From the sequence record NC_048792.1: 64,000 nucleotides of DNA; one strand, given 5' to 3'. Positions 18,379-26,935 of the stretch are shown here, piece after piece. The notes below the pieces were generated by a model, which was given only the letters and a program-made list of their open reading frames with translations, searched no databases and was not told the origin of the DNA. Made by a program: the position numbers and the translations under genes. How positions within the stretch are numbered: position 1 is the first letter of the stretch; every line of letters begins with the position of its first letter.

Positions 18379-18683
18379 GAGGACTTTGGGGTTACGAAGC
18401 CAAACGACAAGGTCAGCAGTACGCTACTGTTCATGATGACAATTTCCTCAAGGTCATTCACGAAGGGAACCGGGCTAAGATTGAAGCCTACCCTAGGCAG
18501 CTCGAAGCATTAAAAAATAATAAGCTCCCGTTTACGCATTATTACGTATTCGGTAAAGCAACTTGGGATAACGGCGTACCCACATGGATTGGTGAGTATA
18601 AAGTGCAAGATGCTTCCAACGGCTCCGCCCTAGTCTGTTTCTGGGAAACTCTCAAGACCGAGTACGATTTCGAATCTATTTGA
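18183..18683 (+). CDS. NADAR/YbiA-like protein (T4 gp30.3-like fold)
   Basis: SD TAAGGA; FLSHFSRTPF...GRFESMEALW..AK, EAKRQGQ, RAKIEAY and WDNG align by eye with YbiA motifs. Confidence 0.65.
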   Translation: MADIILDPNQDGITHINIYSKSRCMLGKFLSHFSRTPFEHPTLGRFESMEALWYFAKTGYQHEELRGLWGYEAKRQGQQYATVHDDNFLKVIHEGNRAKIEAYPRQLEALKNNKLPFTHYYVFGKATWDNGVPTWIGEYKVQDASNGSALVCFWETLKTEYDFESI

Positions 18684-18686
18684 CAG

Positions 18687-18705
18687 CTATATTACTTATT
18701 TGAAT
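18687..18705 (+). promoter_or_regulatory. Early promoter motif
   Basis: CTATAT-TAC-TTATT-TGAAT. Confidence 0.75.
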
Positions 18706-18746
18706 AGGATACAAATCCTAATTAACCACTTTTAAGGAATCGATAG

Positions 18747-19151
18747 ATGAAATTAATGAAAAGTAGCTTCTCTGGTTTAGTGGCTCAAGCTCGTGCCGAA
18801 TTCAATTGTCTGAATGACAACAAAGATCGAGAAGACTACCTTCATTTATTAGAAGGAAAGCTGTCTCGCTTTACCTGGTCGCATTTCGGTGAAAAGGAAT
18901 TCACTAACCCAAAAAATAAAATCCGTGCTCGCCGTATTGCGTATCTGTCCAAAGTCTTCCTGTACGAGTTGGTTTTACTCGCCATTAAGAAAGATCCGAA
19001 CAGAATCGCATTGGTCACTTATAGTCGCCATATTCGTCGCGATGCTAACGCCGCCTGGGTACGTTACGAAGCCGCCATTAACACTAACCAAGGTAGTTGG
19101 TGGCAGCAGATTAAATTCTACTTCGATGCCCGTAAATTCAACAGCCTTTAA
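18747..19151 (+). CDS. Hypothetical basic protein, first gene after an early promoter
   Basis: SD TAAGGA. Confidence 0.8.
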   Translation: MKLMKSSFSGLVAQARAEFNCLNDNKDREDYLHLLEGKLSRFTWSHFGEKEFTNPKNKIRARRIAYLSKVFLYELVLLAIKKDPNRIALVTYSRHIRRDANAAWVRYEAAINTNQGSWWQQIKFYFDARKFNSL

Positions 19152-19166
19152 TTAGAAGGAACCGTC

Positions 19167-19652
19167 ATGATCTGTGTTAACCAATATGTCTTCAACGCTT
19201 ATTACTCTTACCTGTCAGAAAACGGCGATGGCCGTGTTCACATGTTCGTTATGAAAGAGGGGATCAAAAACCCTCGTCTGTTACCGTATGTCAATAAAGA
19301 CTACCTGGTACTGAACATCTCCGGCCGTGCTTGCCCAGAGATGCGCGTGGAAGCTACCGGGATCAACTTCAAGGCCAGCTTCGGCGGCGTTCCACTAACC
19401 GACTTCTTTAGTTGGGATCATGTCGCATTCATGGCTGCGCCAAATAACACGGAGCTGGGTATTCTCCCGTTACCACATCCGGTTCAATGGGTCGATAACG
19501 AACCCGCTACCGAGTTGGGTGAGTTGGCTAAAAGCGAAACTGTGCCGACCTCCGAGCTCAGTAAGATCAATAACTATGTCCCTATGGGGCGTAGTATCGA
19601 GCGCAAAGAGCGTCCAAATCCATTCTCTGTTATTAAAGGCGGAAAGGAATGA
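19167..19652 (+). CDS. sspB: SspB-like ClpXP adaptor (stringent starvation protein B homologue)
   Basis: YVFNAYYSYL, LVLNIS.RA, INFKASFGGVP, and C-terminal RPNPFSVIKGG resembling the SspB ClpX-binding tail. Confidence 0.8.
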   Translation: MICVNQYVFNAYYSYLSENGDGRVHMFVMKEGIKNPRLLPYVNKDYLVLNISGRACPEMRVEATGINFKASFGGVPLTDFFSWDHVAFMAAPNNTELGILPLPHPVQWVDNEPATELGELAKSETVPTSELSKINNYVPMGRSIERKERPNPFSVIKGGKE

Positions 19653-20119
19653 AAGAACAAGTTGGACTTGAGTTCCCTACAGTCGAGGAAGCTCTTCAGT
19701 ACTCGATTGACTTTGGTAAACGGGCCATGGAGAATAAGGAAAAGGAAAATCTGGATAAAGGGTTATGTAAATTAGCCCATCTTCCTGAAGTCTGTATCCA
19801 GCGTGTAGAGTACGAAGGGTACTCCGGTGTCCATCAGCGCAGAATCGTTTCTGCCGCTAACCGCTTCTATCCGGATAACGGTGAAGTGATCGTCATTGCA
19901 TCGGCTCGGCATTACGATCCGTTGATGGTTGAACACGTAGAACGTTATCGGGAGTTGGGTTTGGATCTTAGTCATGCCTATGGTGAAAACCAGGGATTCA
20001 TCGACCAGTTCCGTAATTACTGGACTCGTGAAGAAGCTTGGGTAATCGCATTACATGCCGGTCAGATTCGCAACCGCGTATCTAGCGAAGGCGAGCTGTT
20101 CTCCGAAAACCTTTACTAA
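19649..20119 (+). CDS. Conserved phage hypothetical protein
   Basis: IVSAANR...ARH...QGFIDQ...TREEAW.IA...GQ...LFSENLY pattern, familiar from many phages. Confidence 0.8.
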   Translation: MKEQVGLEFPTVEEALQYSIDFGKRAMENKEKENLDKGLCKLAHLPEVCIQRVEYEGYSGVHQRRIVSAANRFYPDNGEVIVIASARHYDPLMVEHVERYRELGLDLSHAYGENQGFIDQFRNYWTREEAWVIALHAGQIRNRVSSEGELFSENLY

Positions 20120-20134
20120 TAAGGATAAAGACAT

Positions 20135-20602
20135 ATGGCCAGTTTCGAAGTAAATGGCGAGGGAAATCACTTTAGCTTCGGTGACTCAGTTCTAGGGCAA
20201 TCTCTCGCCAGCACTTTGGGAGTCTTCGTGTTCCCCTGTGTGGAACTTAAGAACTTATCGTACGCGATCGGCGGAACCCCGGACATTATCCTTAACGACT
20301 ACACGGATAAGTCCCGTAAAGCCAAAATGGTTTACAAGGTTCCTGTCGACCCTTGGTACATCGACCGCCGAGTAAAACATCTTCGTCAGGATTATTTCAA
20401 CGGCCTGGCAATCCCGCTTAAAATTGCCAGTAATAAGAGCGACACCATTAAAGAAATGCGTGTCGTTCTGGAAGATAACGGCGGTAATCGCTACCCGATC
20501 ATTGCGCTACAAATTCGTTTCGACGAACATGGCGTATGGCATACTCTGAATAACTCAGAAGGTATTTCGGGTATTGTCAAGTTCGTTAAATCCCTCAACT
20601 AA
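20135..20602 (+). CDS. Hypothetical protein
   Basis: SD AAGGA; operon packing. Confidence 0.75.
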   Translation: MASFEVNGEGNHFSFGDSVLGQSLASTLGVFVFPCVELKNLSYAIGGTPDIILNDYTDKSRKAKMVYKVPVDPWYIDRRVKHLRQDYFNGLAIPLKIASNKSDTIKEMRVVLEDNGGNRYPIIALQIRFDEHGVWHTLNNSEGISGIVKFVKSLN

Positions 20603-20617
20603 CCCAGGAGGTTCCAA

Positions 20618-20749
20618 ATGGGACCACTATTGGAATTAGTTTCAAAAATTGTATTCTTCTCAATTCTCGCCAATATGGTAATCGGCGGGGTACAAAAGAT
20701 TTCGTCTAAGGAAAAGAAAGATGGAAAAGTTTCTGATATCGATGGGTAA
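20618..20749 (+). CDS. Small membrane protein (43 aa; not in the ORF track)
   Basis: SD AGGAGG; MGPLLELVSKIVFFSILANMVIGGVQKISSKEKKDGKVSDIDG. Confidence 0.65.
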   Translation: MGPLLELVSKIVFFSILANMVIGGVQKISSKEKKDGKVSDIDG

Positions 20750-20870
20750 GGCCGTCGTCATTAAAGTCGCAAGTACGTTGGCCATTCGCGGCACTCACTA
20801 CGTTGTTAACTGGGCATCTAAACGTAAGGTGAAGAAGAATGAGCAAAGTACTCCTGAACTCGAGTCGTGA
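20721..20870 (+). CDS. Small basic protein (49 aa; not in the ORF track)
   Basis: MEKFLISMGKAVVIKVASTLAIRGTHYVVNWASKRKVKKNEQSTPELES fills the gap and overlaps both neighbours. Confidence 0.55.
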   Translation: MEKFLISMGKAVVIKVASTLAIRGTHYVVNWASKRKVKKNEQSTPELES

Positions 20871-21189
20871 GTTACACGTAGATACGGTACAGGCGTTGTT
20901 CATGGCAATCGTTATGCCGCTCCTGTTCCCGTTCTACGTTGTTTTAACGGGCAACTTCTGGTTTGCCCTAGGGTTCTTCCTCGTGGCCGCTGTGTTCACG
21001 CAGGGACTCGATTATTGGGAGTTACGAAGAGCTATCCGCCGCAAACATCTGTTTAGTCCATGGTGGATTCCGGCAATCTTCTTCTACTACCTCGTCCGGG
21101 ATAAGTCTGGTTTCCCGAACTTCAAGTTATTCTACATCAACGGTTTCATGGTAGCGATCTCTTTGTTCTTGGTCGCATTTATCATCTAA
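20839..21189 (+). CDS. Membrane protein
   Basis: Multiple hydrophobic helices. Confidence 0.75.
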   Translation: MSKVLLNSSRELHVDTVQALFMAIVMPLLFPFYVVLTGNFWFALGFFLVAAVFTQGLDYWELRRAIRRKHLFSPWWIPAIFFYYLVRDKSGFPNFKLFYINGFMVAISLFLVAFII

Positions 21190-21218
21190 CCAATCTTTCT
21201 GAATTAAGAGGCTTTTAA

Positions 21219-21542
21219 ATGAAAGGTGTAAAACTGATCCCTGTTCCGAAGGGCTTCAAAGGTCTGAAAACTGGTGATCGCTTTATCCTCTCCGTAGAGA
21301 ACAATGGCGAATACCGCGCTTTCTTTACCGACTCTACTCGCAAAGAGTCTGATCTGGATCTGTTGGCTATTGCCGACAACAAAACGCACGACCCGTTCAA
21401 CCGGAAAGGCGTTAAGTTCTCGGCGCATGAAGTCCATGCTAAAACGCAGGACAGCATCACAATCCGTCCGGTATTGATCGGTAGCGCTGAGCCTGTTACT
21501 CAGTCTTACAAGCTCTCTCCGAAAAACCTGCTGTCAGCCTAA
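21219..21542 (+). CDS. Hypothetical protein
   Basis: SD GAGG; codon bias. Confidence 0.75.
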   Translation: MKGVKLIPVPKGFKGLKTGDRFILSVENNGEYRAFFTDSTRKESDLDLLAIADNKTHDPFNRKGVKFSAHEVHAKTQDSITIRPVLIGSAEPVTQSYKLSPKNLLSA

Positions 21543-21555
21543 TTGGAGCTACACG

Positions 21556-21948
21556 ATGGCCGTTAAGAAAATCAAACACACCTGCGAGCTCGGTAACTTC
21601 GCTGATCTTGGTGCGGTGGCGTTCAGAACTTCCCTGGATATCCTTAAGGCGTTGAATCGCAATAAGGGTGACACCATCCTGGTTTCCAGTGAAAAGATCT
21701 TCATCGAAGTTAAGGCTTTCATTAGCTCCACTATGGGCGGTGAAGAGATGTTGAAGCGTCTGGCCCACATCGCGATTGGAACGGCGCCTAGCGCCTTAGA
21801 CAATCGTTTCCGTGGCATTAGCGGTAGTAACGTATACGCTGTCATGGAACAGAAGCGTTTCGCTACCTTCCATCCGGTAATCTGGAAACACGCCGGCCAG
21901 GCACTGAAAGTCAATAGTCACATTTCAGTTTACCGTATCCAGGAGTAA
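21556..21948 (+). CDS. Hypothetical protein
   Basis: SD GGAG. Confidence 0.75.
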   Translation: MAVKKIKHTCELGNFADLGAVAFRTSLDILKALNRNKGDTILVSSEKIFIEVKAFISSTMGGEEMLKRLAHIAIGTAPSALDNRFRGISGSNVYAVMEQKRFATFHPVIWKHAGQALKVNSHISVYRIQE

Positions 21949-21952
21949 TCCG

Positions 21953-22192
21953 ATGGGTCTGAAAGTTATTACCAAGGAAGAAGAGGAACAACGTATCCTC
22001 GAAACCGCTCATGAACTCATTGATGGTACTAGCGAGTGGATCAACTACCTTGACGGCGACAGCACGCAAGTTCAGTTGGACGGGTATTTCAATCTGGAAG
22101 AACTGGAAGCTATTTGTGCAGTCAAGCGTAAATCGCTGGGTGCAGAAGCTACTGGTCTGAAGGAAGCAGTTGATCTCAAGTACAATTCGTAA
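21953..22192 (+). CDS. Hypothetical acidic protein
   Basis: SD AGGAG. Confidence 0.75.
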   Translation: MGLKVITKEEEEQRILETAHELIDGTSEWINYLDGDSTQVQLDGYFNLEELEAICAVKRKSLGAEATGLKEAVDLKYNS

Positions 22193-22198
22193 ACACAG

Positions 22199-22222
22199 GC
22201 GAGAGGGTTAATTCCCTCTCGC
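22199..22222 (+). terminator. Intrinsic terminator, TTAATT loop
   Basis: GCGAGAGGG-TTAATT-CCCTCTCGC-TTATTTT. Confidence 0.8.
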
Positions 22223-22274
22223 TTATTTTACGCTCTAGTGATTTCTTTTTGATTAAAGTAAGGGGAGTTGAAGA

Positions 22275-22625
22275 ATGAAAACTACTGATGTAACTAAGAT
22301 TGAAGATGGACTGATGTCTGTAAAGGAAGGGGATCGTATCCTGCTCGCTATGGATAACAAAGAAGAAGACCAAGAGAATTGGTTGTTCGTCTACAATCCA
22401 GGCTCAGGCTGCACTAGTAATCGCGAAGTCTACGCAGCTGCAATTGCATTCAACGACAAAATAAAACCATTGGAGCCTACTTCCATTGTCGTTCCCGTTT
22501 ATATCTCCTGGGCTGATGAAAGCTACGTCCAGGGGATGCTCATTAGTCACGACGGTTCTATCGTTGCACCTATTCGTTTCCATCGCAGCGTAGATCGCGT
22601 CCTCATTGATCGGAGTACCCAGTAA
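22275..22625 (+). CDS. Hypothetical protein
   Basis: SD GGGGAG. Confidence 0.75.
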   Translation: MKTTDVTKIEDGLMSVKEGDRILLAMDNKEEDQENWLFVYNPGSGCTSNREVYAAAIAFNDKIKPLEPTSIVVPVYISWADESYVQGMLISHDGSIVAPIRFHRSVDRVLIDRSTQ

Positions 22626-23104
22626 TGAAAGGTTTAAAACATCACGAATATTCTCTGGCGATTGAACGTTTCCGTAAGTGGAAGAAAGAGGGGGTTAAAG
22701 GCGCTGACGCCGGGTTACCGGAACTACTGGAAGAGCTTAATAGCATCCCTCAGGTAATTCCGTTGTGGTCATGCATCGGCCACCCTGACCGCCCAGGGAG
22801 TCAACCCTACATTACCTTTGGCGTGAAGAACGGAGATGCACCTGGTCGATACGCCGATGAGATCATGGACGAGATCTTCGTCTCTGGTATTCTCAAGTTC
22901 GAATACGGCCTGATGGTGGCTCCTTGGCATGAGGATGAAGATTACATCATGGCTGAAGACATGTTGGAGTTCACCATCCCAACCTTCACTATTCGCGGTA
23001 CTGTAATGGGCGATGATGTTGAACAGAACAAAATGGCGAAAGAGCTGTTTATCTCCAACATCCAATCTATCATCATGAAGTTAGAGGCGTACACTGGGTC
23101 ATGA
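22625..23104 (+). CDS. Hypothetical protein with SC.GH...PYI.F motif (possibly remote TYW3-like)
   Basis: LEELNSIPQVIPLWSCIGHPDRPGSQPYITF. Confidence 0.7.
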   Translation: MKGLKHHEYSLAIERFRKWKKEGVKGADAGLPELLEELNSIPQVIPLWSCIGHPDRPGSQPYITFGVKNGDAPGRYADEIMDEIFVSGILKFEYGLMVAPWHEDEDYIMAEDMLEFTIPTFTIRGTVMGDDVEQNKMAKELFISNIQSIIMKLEAYTGS

Positions 23105-23583
23105 GTATTAAGAAACAGATCTTACAAGTTCTGACTAACTCCAGTATGTCGGATAGCGATAAAATTACCGCTGTTCGGGAATTGGTTGACGCGATTCCAC
23201 CTGGGACAAAAGATACAGTAGCCATCATGGTCGCACCTAATTGCGTCCATAAGCTATTCCGTTTAACTAACATCAGGGAACTTGAAGAGATCGTCGTCGA
23301 TAACATTATCGTAGACGGGCACTCTTTAGGCGCCATGGTTCCGGTCGTCTTTAACTCAGTTACTCACGCCTCCGGCATCCATACGCAGCGTATCACTGTC
23401 CAGACTCTGAAGTACGGGCAGATTGCAGTAAGGGTATCGGTAGGGTTACAGCGCGGTATCGTAAACGTCAAAGTCGAGCGTACTCCTACCGCAGTCGTTA
23501 ATAACTATCTCGGATTAGATTCCACTCAGGATATTTCCGAGTTACCTGTATCGGTTATGTTAAAAATCACCGGATTCCGTTGA
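23101..23583 (+). CDS. Hypothetical protein
   Basis: ATGA-coupled ORF. Confidence 0.75.
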   Translation: MSIKKQILQVLTNSSMSDSDKITAVRELVDAIPPGTKDTVAIMVAPNCVHKLFRLTNIRELEEIVVDNIIVDGHSLGAMVPVVFNSVTHASGIHTQRITVQTLKYGQIAVRVSVGLQRGIVNVKVERTPTAVVNNYLGLDSTQDISELPVSVMLKITGFR

Positions 23584-23591
23584 GGTAAAGA

Positions 23592-23876
23592 ATGGCAACT
23601 TACAGCAACACTTTCGCGGTATCCTTCGAGTTCAAAGACTACAAGTCTAATACTCGGGATATCTACGTAGAACACCTGGTAATGGACTGGGGCGTTCCAA
23701 AACGTAAACTGGACCGAATGTCTGTCCGTCAACTTAAATCGCTCTACGAGCGTCTGAAGACCGGTTATAAGGCTAAGACGAAAACTCGTAGTGCGGTGAA
23801 ACAATACAGCCGTAATGCTGACGTCGTAGTCATGGGTAAATACATGGACACGGGGATGACCAATGGCCTTTATTAA
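23592..23876 (+). CDS. Hypothetical basic protein
   Basis: SD GAGG. Confidence 0.7.
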   Translation: MATYSNTFAVSFEFKDYKSNTRDIYVEHLVMDWGVPKRKLDRMSVRQLKSLYERLKTGYKAKTKTRSAVKQYSRNADVVVMGKYMDTGMTNGLY

Positions 23877-24273
23877 TGTTGTTAAGTCAAAAGTACCGTT
23901 GGTGATAAATAAAAAGAATAAGCCTAAAGTATTCACCTTACGCATCGGCGCTAAGCAGGGGACATGTATGCTGTCCCCTGAGTTTGTTGCTTCGATTGGG
24001 TACGAGTACAACTCCGTTGACTTCTTCGTTGATCCAGAGACTAAAGAGTTCCGGTTCAAACTGGGAATGGATCTGTCAACGAAAATAAAAAATGGGTGCA
24101 ATTTCTACATCCCCATTAAAGCCAAACGTGACATAAACGACAAACACACCCGCTACCCGGAGAGTCATTACGGGTATCGTGGATGGTGTCGATCGTTCTA
24201 TTACGAATTGACTTTGAAAGATGACGGGTATTGGTACGGTGAATATATCGGTCGTCATAACCCGAATAAATAG
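23863..24273 (+). CDS. Hypothetical protein
   Basis: Overlapping-start ORF. Confidence 0.7.
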   Translation: MAFINVVKSKVPLVINKKNKPKVFTLRIGAKQGTCMLSPEFVASIGYEYNSVDFFVDPETKEFRFKLGMDLSTKIKNGCNFYIPIKAKRDINDKHTRYPESHYGYRGWCRSFYYELTLKDDGYWYGEYIGRHNPNK

Positions 24274-24351
24274 ATGCTGTAAAAAGAACTTGCTCGTATT
24301 GCACTGAGCAAACTCCCTAAGAAACCTGAATAACGTATAAGGAATACCATA

Positions 24352-24930
24352 ATGTTTGATAAAACCAAGTTCCACCCTAAACCGATTCATCGCGGTACTA
24401 ACAACTTTTACCAGCACTGGCGTTATGGTATTCCTTACCATACTCGCACCGGGGTAAAGATCAATAACGGTGATGTTATCGACGGGGTCGAGTTCCGTGT
24501 CACGATAAACGATGATGGAAGTTATTCTTCAGCAGGGCCGATAATCAGCGGTATGGTTCACGGTGAATGCTGTCCGGTTGTAGAGGATGCATTTGTTGTA
24601 ACTACCTACAACTATAGTCACAATACCGACCTTAGTCTGGAAAGGACAGTTGACCTACTTCAATACAGTGAACGTACTATCATCGTCGGGTACAGCTCCG
24701 AGATCGCTAAGTTGAAATCGATGATTTCTCCAGAACGACTTAGACTGGCGACGTTCCACGTCATTCATGACATGTGTACCGTAGACGACTTCAGAAGGGC
24801 TGTGAAGCGCGCCTGTAATAATCCAGGAAAACACCCGATGGTCTTCCTGGGATGTTTACAAGAGGCGGTTGGTGCTGCTATGGCTGGTATTTCCAACATC
24901 GAGAATGAACACTACATCTTCATCTGGTGA
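24352..24930 (+). CDS. Hypothetical protein
   Basis: SD TAAGGA. Confidence 0.75.
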   Translation: MFDKTKFHPKPIHRGTNNFYQHWRYGIPYHTRTGVKINNGDVIDGVEFRVTINDDGSYSSAGPIISGMVHGECCPVVEDAFVVTTYNYSHNTDLSLERTVDLLQYSERTIIVGYSSEIAKLKSMISPERLRLATFHVIHDMCTVDDFRRAVKRACNNPGKHPMVFLGCLQEAVGAAMAGISNIENEHYIFIW

Positions 24931-25265
24931 ATATAATGGGAAAAGAAATCTCTTTAGCTCTTAAGGTATTAACCAAGTCAGCAATGTACAAAATTGCTGG
25001 CGATCAGGCCTGGCACTTCGTATCGATGACTGAGTCCGGCGACATCTCATTCAATGGAAAACTGTTCGCAGAGAAGTTTCAGATACCTGCCATTGGGTAT
25101 AAGTTTGACCTTCGCTACAACAACCGTGTTTTCACTTCAAAGGCCGACGAGCTTAGCACTCTGACCGAATTGATTCTGCGGGAAGTTGAGAAAGGTAAGA
25201 CGGTTTCCTTTGCAGATTATCAGCCGATTGTTTGGCCGCATTCCTGGAAAGTCCAAAATAGTTAA
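24927..25265 (+). CDS. Hypothetical protein
   Basis: GTGA-coupled ORF. Confidence 0.65.
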   Translation: MNIMGKEISLALKVLTKSAMYKIAGDQAWHFVSMTESGDISFNGKLFAEKFQIPAIGYKFDLRYNNRVFTSKADELSTLTELILREVEKGKTVSFADYQPIVWPHSWKVQNS

Positions 25266-25272
25266 ATCATAC

Positions 25273-25294
25273 GCCAGGGGTTAATTCCCCTGGC
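25273..25294 (+). terminator. Intrinsic terminator, TTAATT loop
   Basis: GCCAGGGG-TTAATT-CCCCTGGC-TTTATTTTTTT. Confidence 0.85.
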
Positions 25295-25356
25295 TTTATT
25301 TTTTTGTACGTACTGACCACTATTTATAGTTAACGTAATTAACCGAGGTAAGTTAA

Positions 25357-25749
25357 ATGAGCCTTGTATTGAAATTAGCTACTCTGCCTAAACCTGACCT
25401 GAATAACATCACTCGTCAATGGATTAACATCTCGAAAGAGTTCGATGCCGGGATGATTAGCGATGAGTTGTTCTATCATCACTTCGAAGAGGTAGCTACG
25501 GCTAAGACGCCAGATTTCCTTCTGTTCATCCAGGACTGTTACTCCAAGTTCCACAACGAGTCCTACGTGGCTATACCAGACGGCAATGGTTTCGCAGTTC
25601 ACCCAGATTTGCTAAATGTATTGGCTAGTCTGGAAGCTAATGACATTACTGCTATCGCCGACCGTGAATTCATGAACGCCATTAAGAAGCTGGCTCATGA
25701 AGTAGACCACAGTAAGACCTGGGTATTCTTCTACGTCGAGAAGAAATAG
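25357..25749 (+). CDS. Hypothetical protein
   Basis: SD GAGG. Confidence 0.75.
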   Translation: MSLVLKLATLPKPDLNNITRQWINISKEFDAGMISDELFYHHFEEVATAKTPDFLLFIQDCYSKFHNESYVAIPDGNGFAVHPDLLNVLASLEANDITAIADREFMNAIKKLAHEVDHSKTWVFFYVEKK

Positions 25750-25750
25750 A

Positions 25751-26017
25751 ATGCGTACTCTCTCTTATTATTCCGCCATGGATCAGTCTCCTGCCAAGTT
25801 TAAACGAGCTAGTCATACACTCTCTTTCCTTTCTTTTAAGACAACTGTTCCGTTCAGAATCATTAATCGGCTTACGCTGAAGAACGCGATTAAGTTGGCT
25901 AAGAAAGAGGGTTATAGTCCGGATAAGGATTGGCGAGAGTATCCGTGTAAATGGCACCTGCGTCCAGATTACGAACTGGGGCAGTGTGCATGTGAACCAC
26001 CGTGTAAACCAGTATAA
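25751..26017 (+). CDS. Hypothetical basic protein
   Basis: Fills the operon gap; C-terminal CACEPPC. Confidence 0.65.
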   Translation: MRTLSYYSAMDQSPAKFKRASHTLSFLSFKTTVPFRIINRLTLKNAIKLAKKEGYSPDKDWREYPCKWHLRPDYELGQCACEPPCKPV

Positions 26018-26026
26018 GGTAAACAA

Positions 26027-26881
26027 ATGCAGCAGTATTCTGATTTAGGTAATCGTATCATCAACGAAGGTGTTTGGATTGAGAACCCACGCACTGGGGT
26101 TAAGTGTAAAACTGTACTGAACCACACGTTCGTTTATGACGTCGGTAACTGTGAAGTTCCGGTGGTCACTACGCGTAAGGTTCCTTACCGTGGCGCTTTC
26201 GGTGAGTTCATCGGTTATCTTCAGGGTAAAGACAGCGCGGCTGATCTGCGTGAACTGGGTAGCAAAACCTGGGACGGTAATGCTAACGAAAACAAATCGT
26301 GGTTAGCTAACCCTAACCGTAAAGGGGAAGATGACCTCGGCCGTATCTACGGTGTCCAGGCTCGTGACTGGGTTAACCAATTCGGCGAACATTTCGATCA
26401 GTTGAAGAAAGTCATTAATAACCTGAAACAAGGTATTGATGACCGCGGTGAAGTCGTGACGTTCTGGAATCCGGGTGAGTTTGACTACGGCTGCCTGCGT
26501 CCGTGTATGCATACGCATACTTTCTCTATCTTCGACGGTAAACTGCACATGACTTCAGTCAGTCGCTCAGTGGATGTTCCGCTGGGCTTACCGGCTAACA
26601 TGATGCAGTGTTACTTCTTCCTGGATCTGGTTGCCCGTCTGACCGGCCTGGTTCCTGGTAAGGTAACTCACCACATGATCAACGTCCATGTCTACGATAA
26701 CCAGTACGATCTGTTCGTTGAAGAAATGAAACGTCCGGTCATGGAATCCAACGCTACTCTGTGGCTAGATCCTCAGTTGCTTCTGGCGGGGATTGATGGT
26801 ATCGATACGCTGACCAAAGAGTCCGTCGTATTAGAAGACTACTCAGCCCATCCACCGATCAAATATCCTTTCACCGTTTAA
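26027..26881 (+). CDS. thyA: Thymidylate synthase
   Basis: DDLGRIYGVQ, WNPGE, CLRPCMH, RSVDVPLGLPAN, NVHVYDNQ. Confidence 0.95.
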   Translation: MQQYSDLGNRIINEGVWIENPRTGVKCKTVLNHTFVYDVGNCEVPVVTTRKVPYRGAFGEFIGYLQGKDSAADLRELGSKTWDGNANENKSWLANPNRKGEDDLGRIYGVQARDWVNQFGEHFDQLKKVINNLKQGIDDRGEVVTFWNPGEFDYGCLRPCMHTHTFSIFDGKLHMTSVSRSVDVPLGLPANMMQCYFFLDLVARLTGLVPGKVTHHMINVHVYDNQYDLFVEEMKRPVMESNATLWLDPQLLLAGIDGIDTLTKESVVLEDYSAHPPIKYPFTV

Positions 26882-26891
26882 CTGTCATATT

Positions 26892-26916
26892 CCGTAGGGG
26901 CTAAATACCCCTACGG
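26892..26916 (+). terminator. Hairpin/terminator
   Basis: CCGTAGGGG-CTAAATA-CCCCTACGG; weak U-tract. Confidence 0.6.
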
Positions 26917-26935
26917 TAATTAGGAGGATTTTCTA

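Noticed and set aside
26027-26881. Possibility that thyA is a dCMP hydroxymethylase or part of a DNA hypermodification system
   Set aside because: The dUMP-specifying Asn (GLPAN) is retained and no glycosyltransferase or modification genes are adjacent
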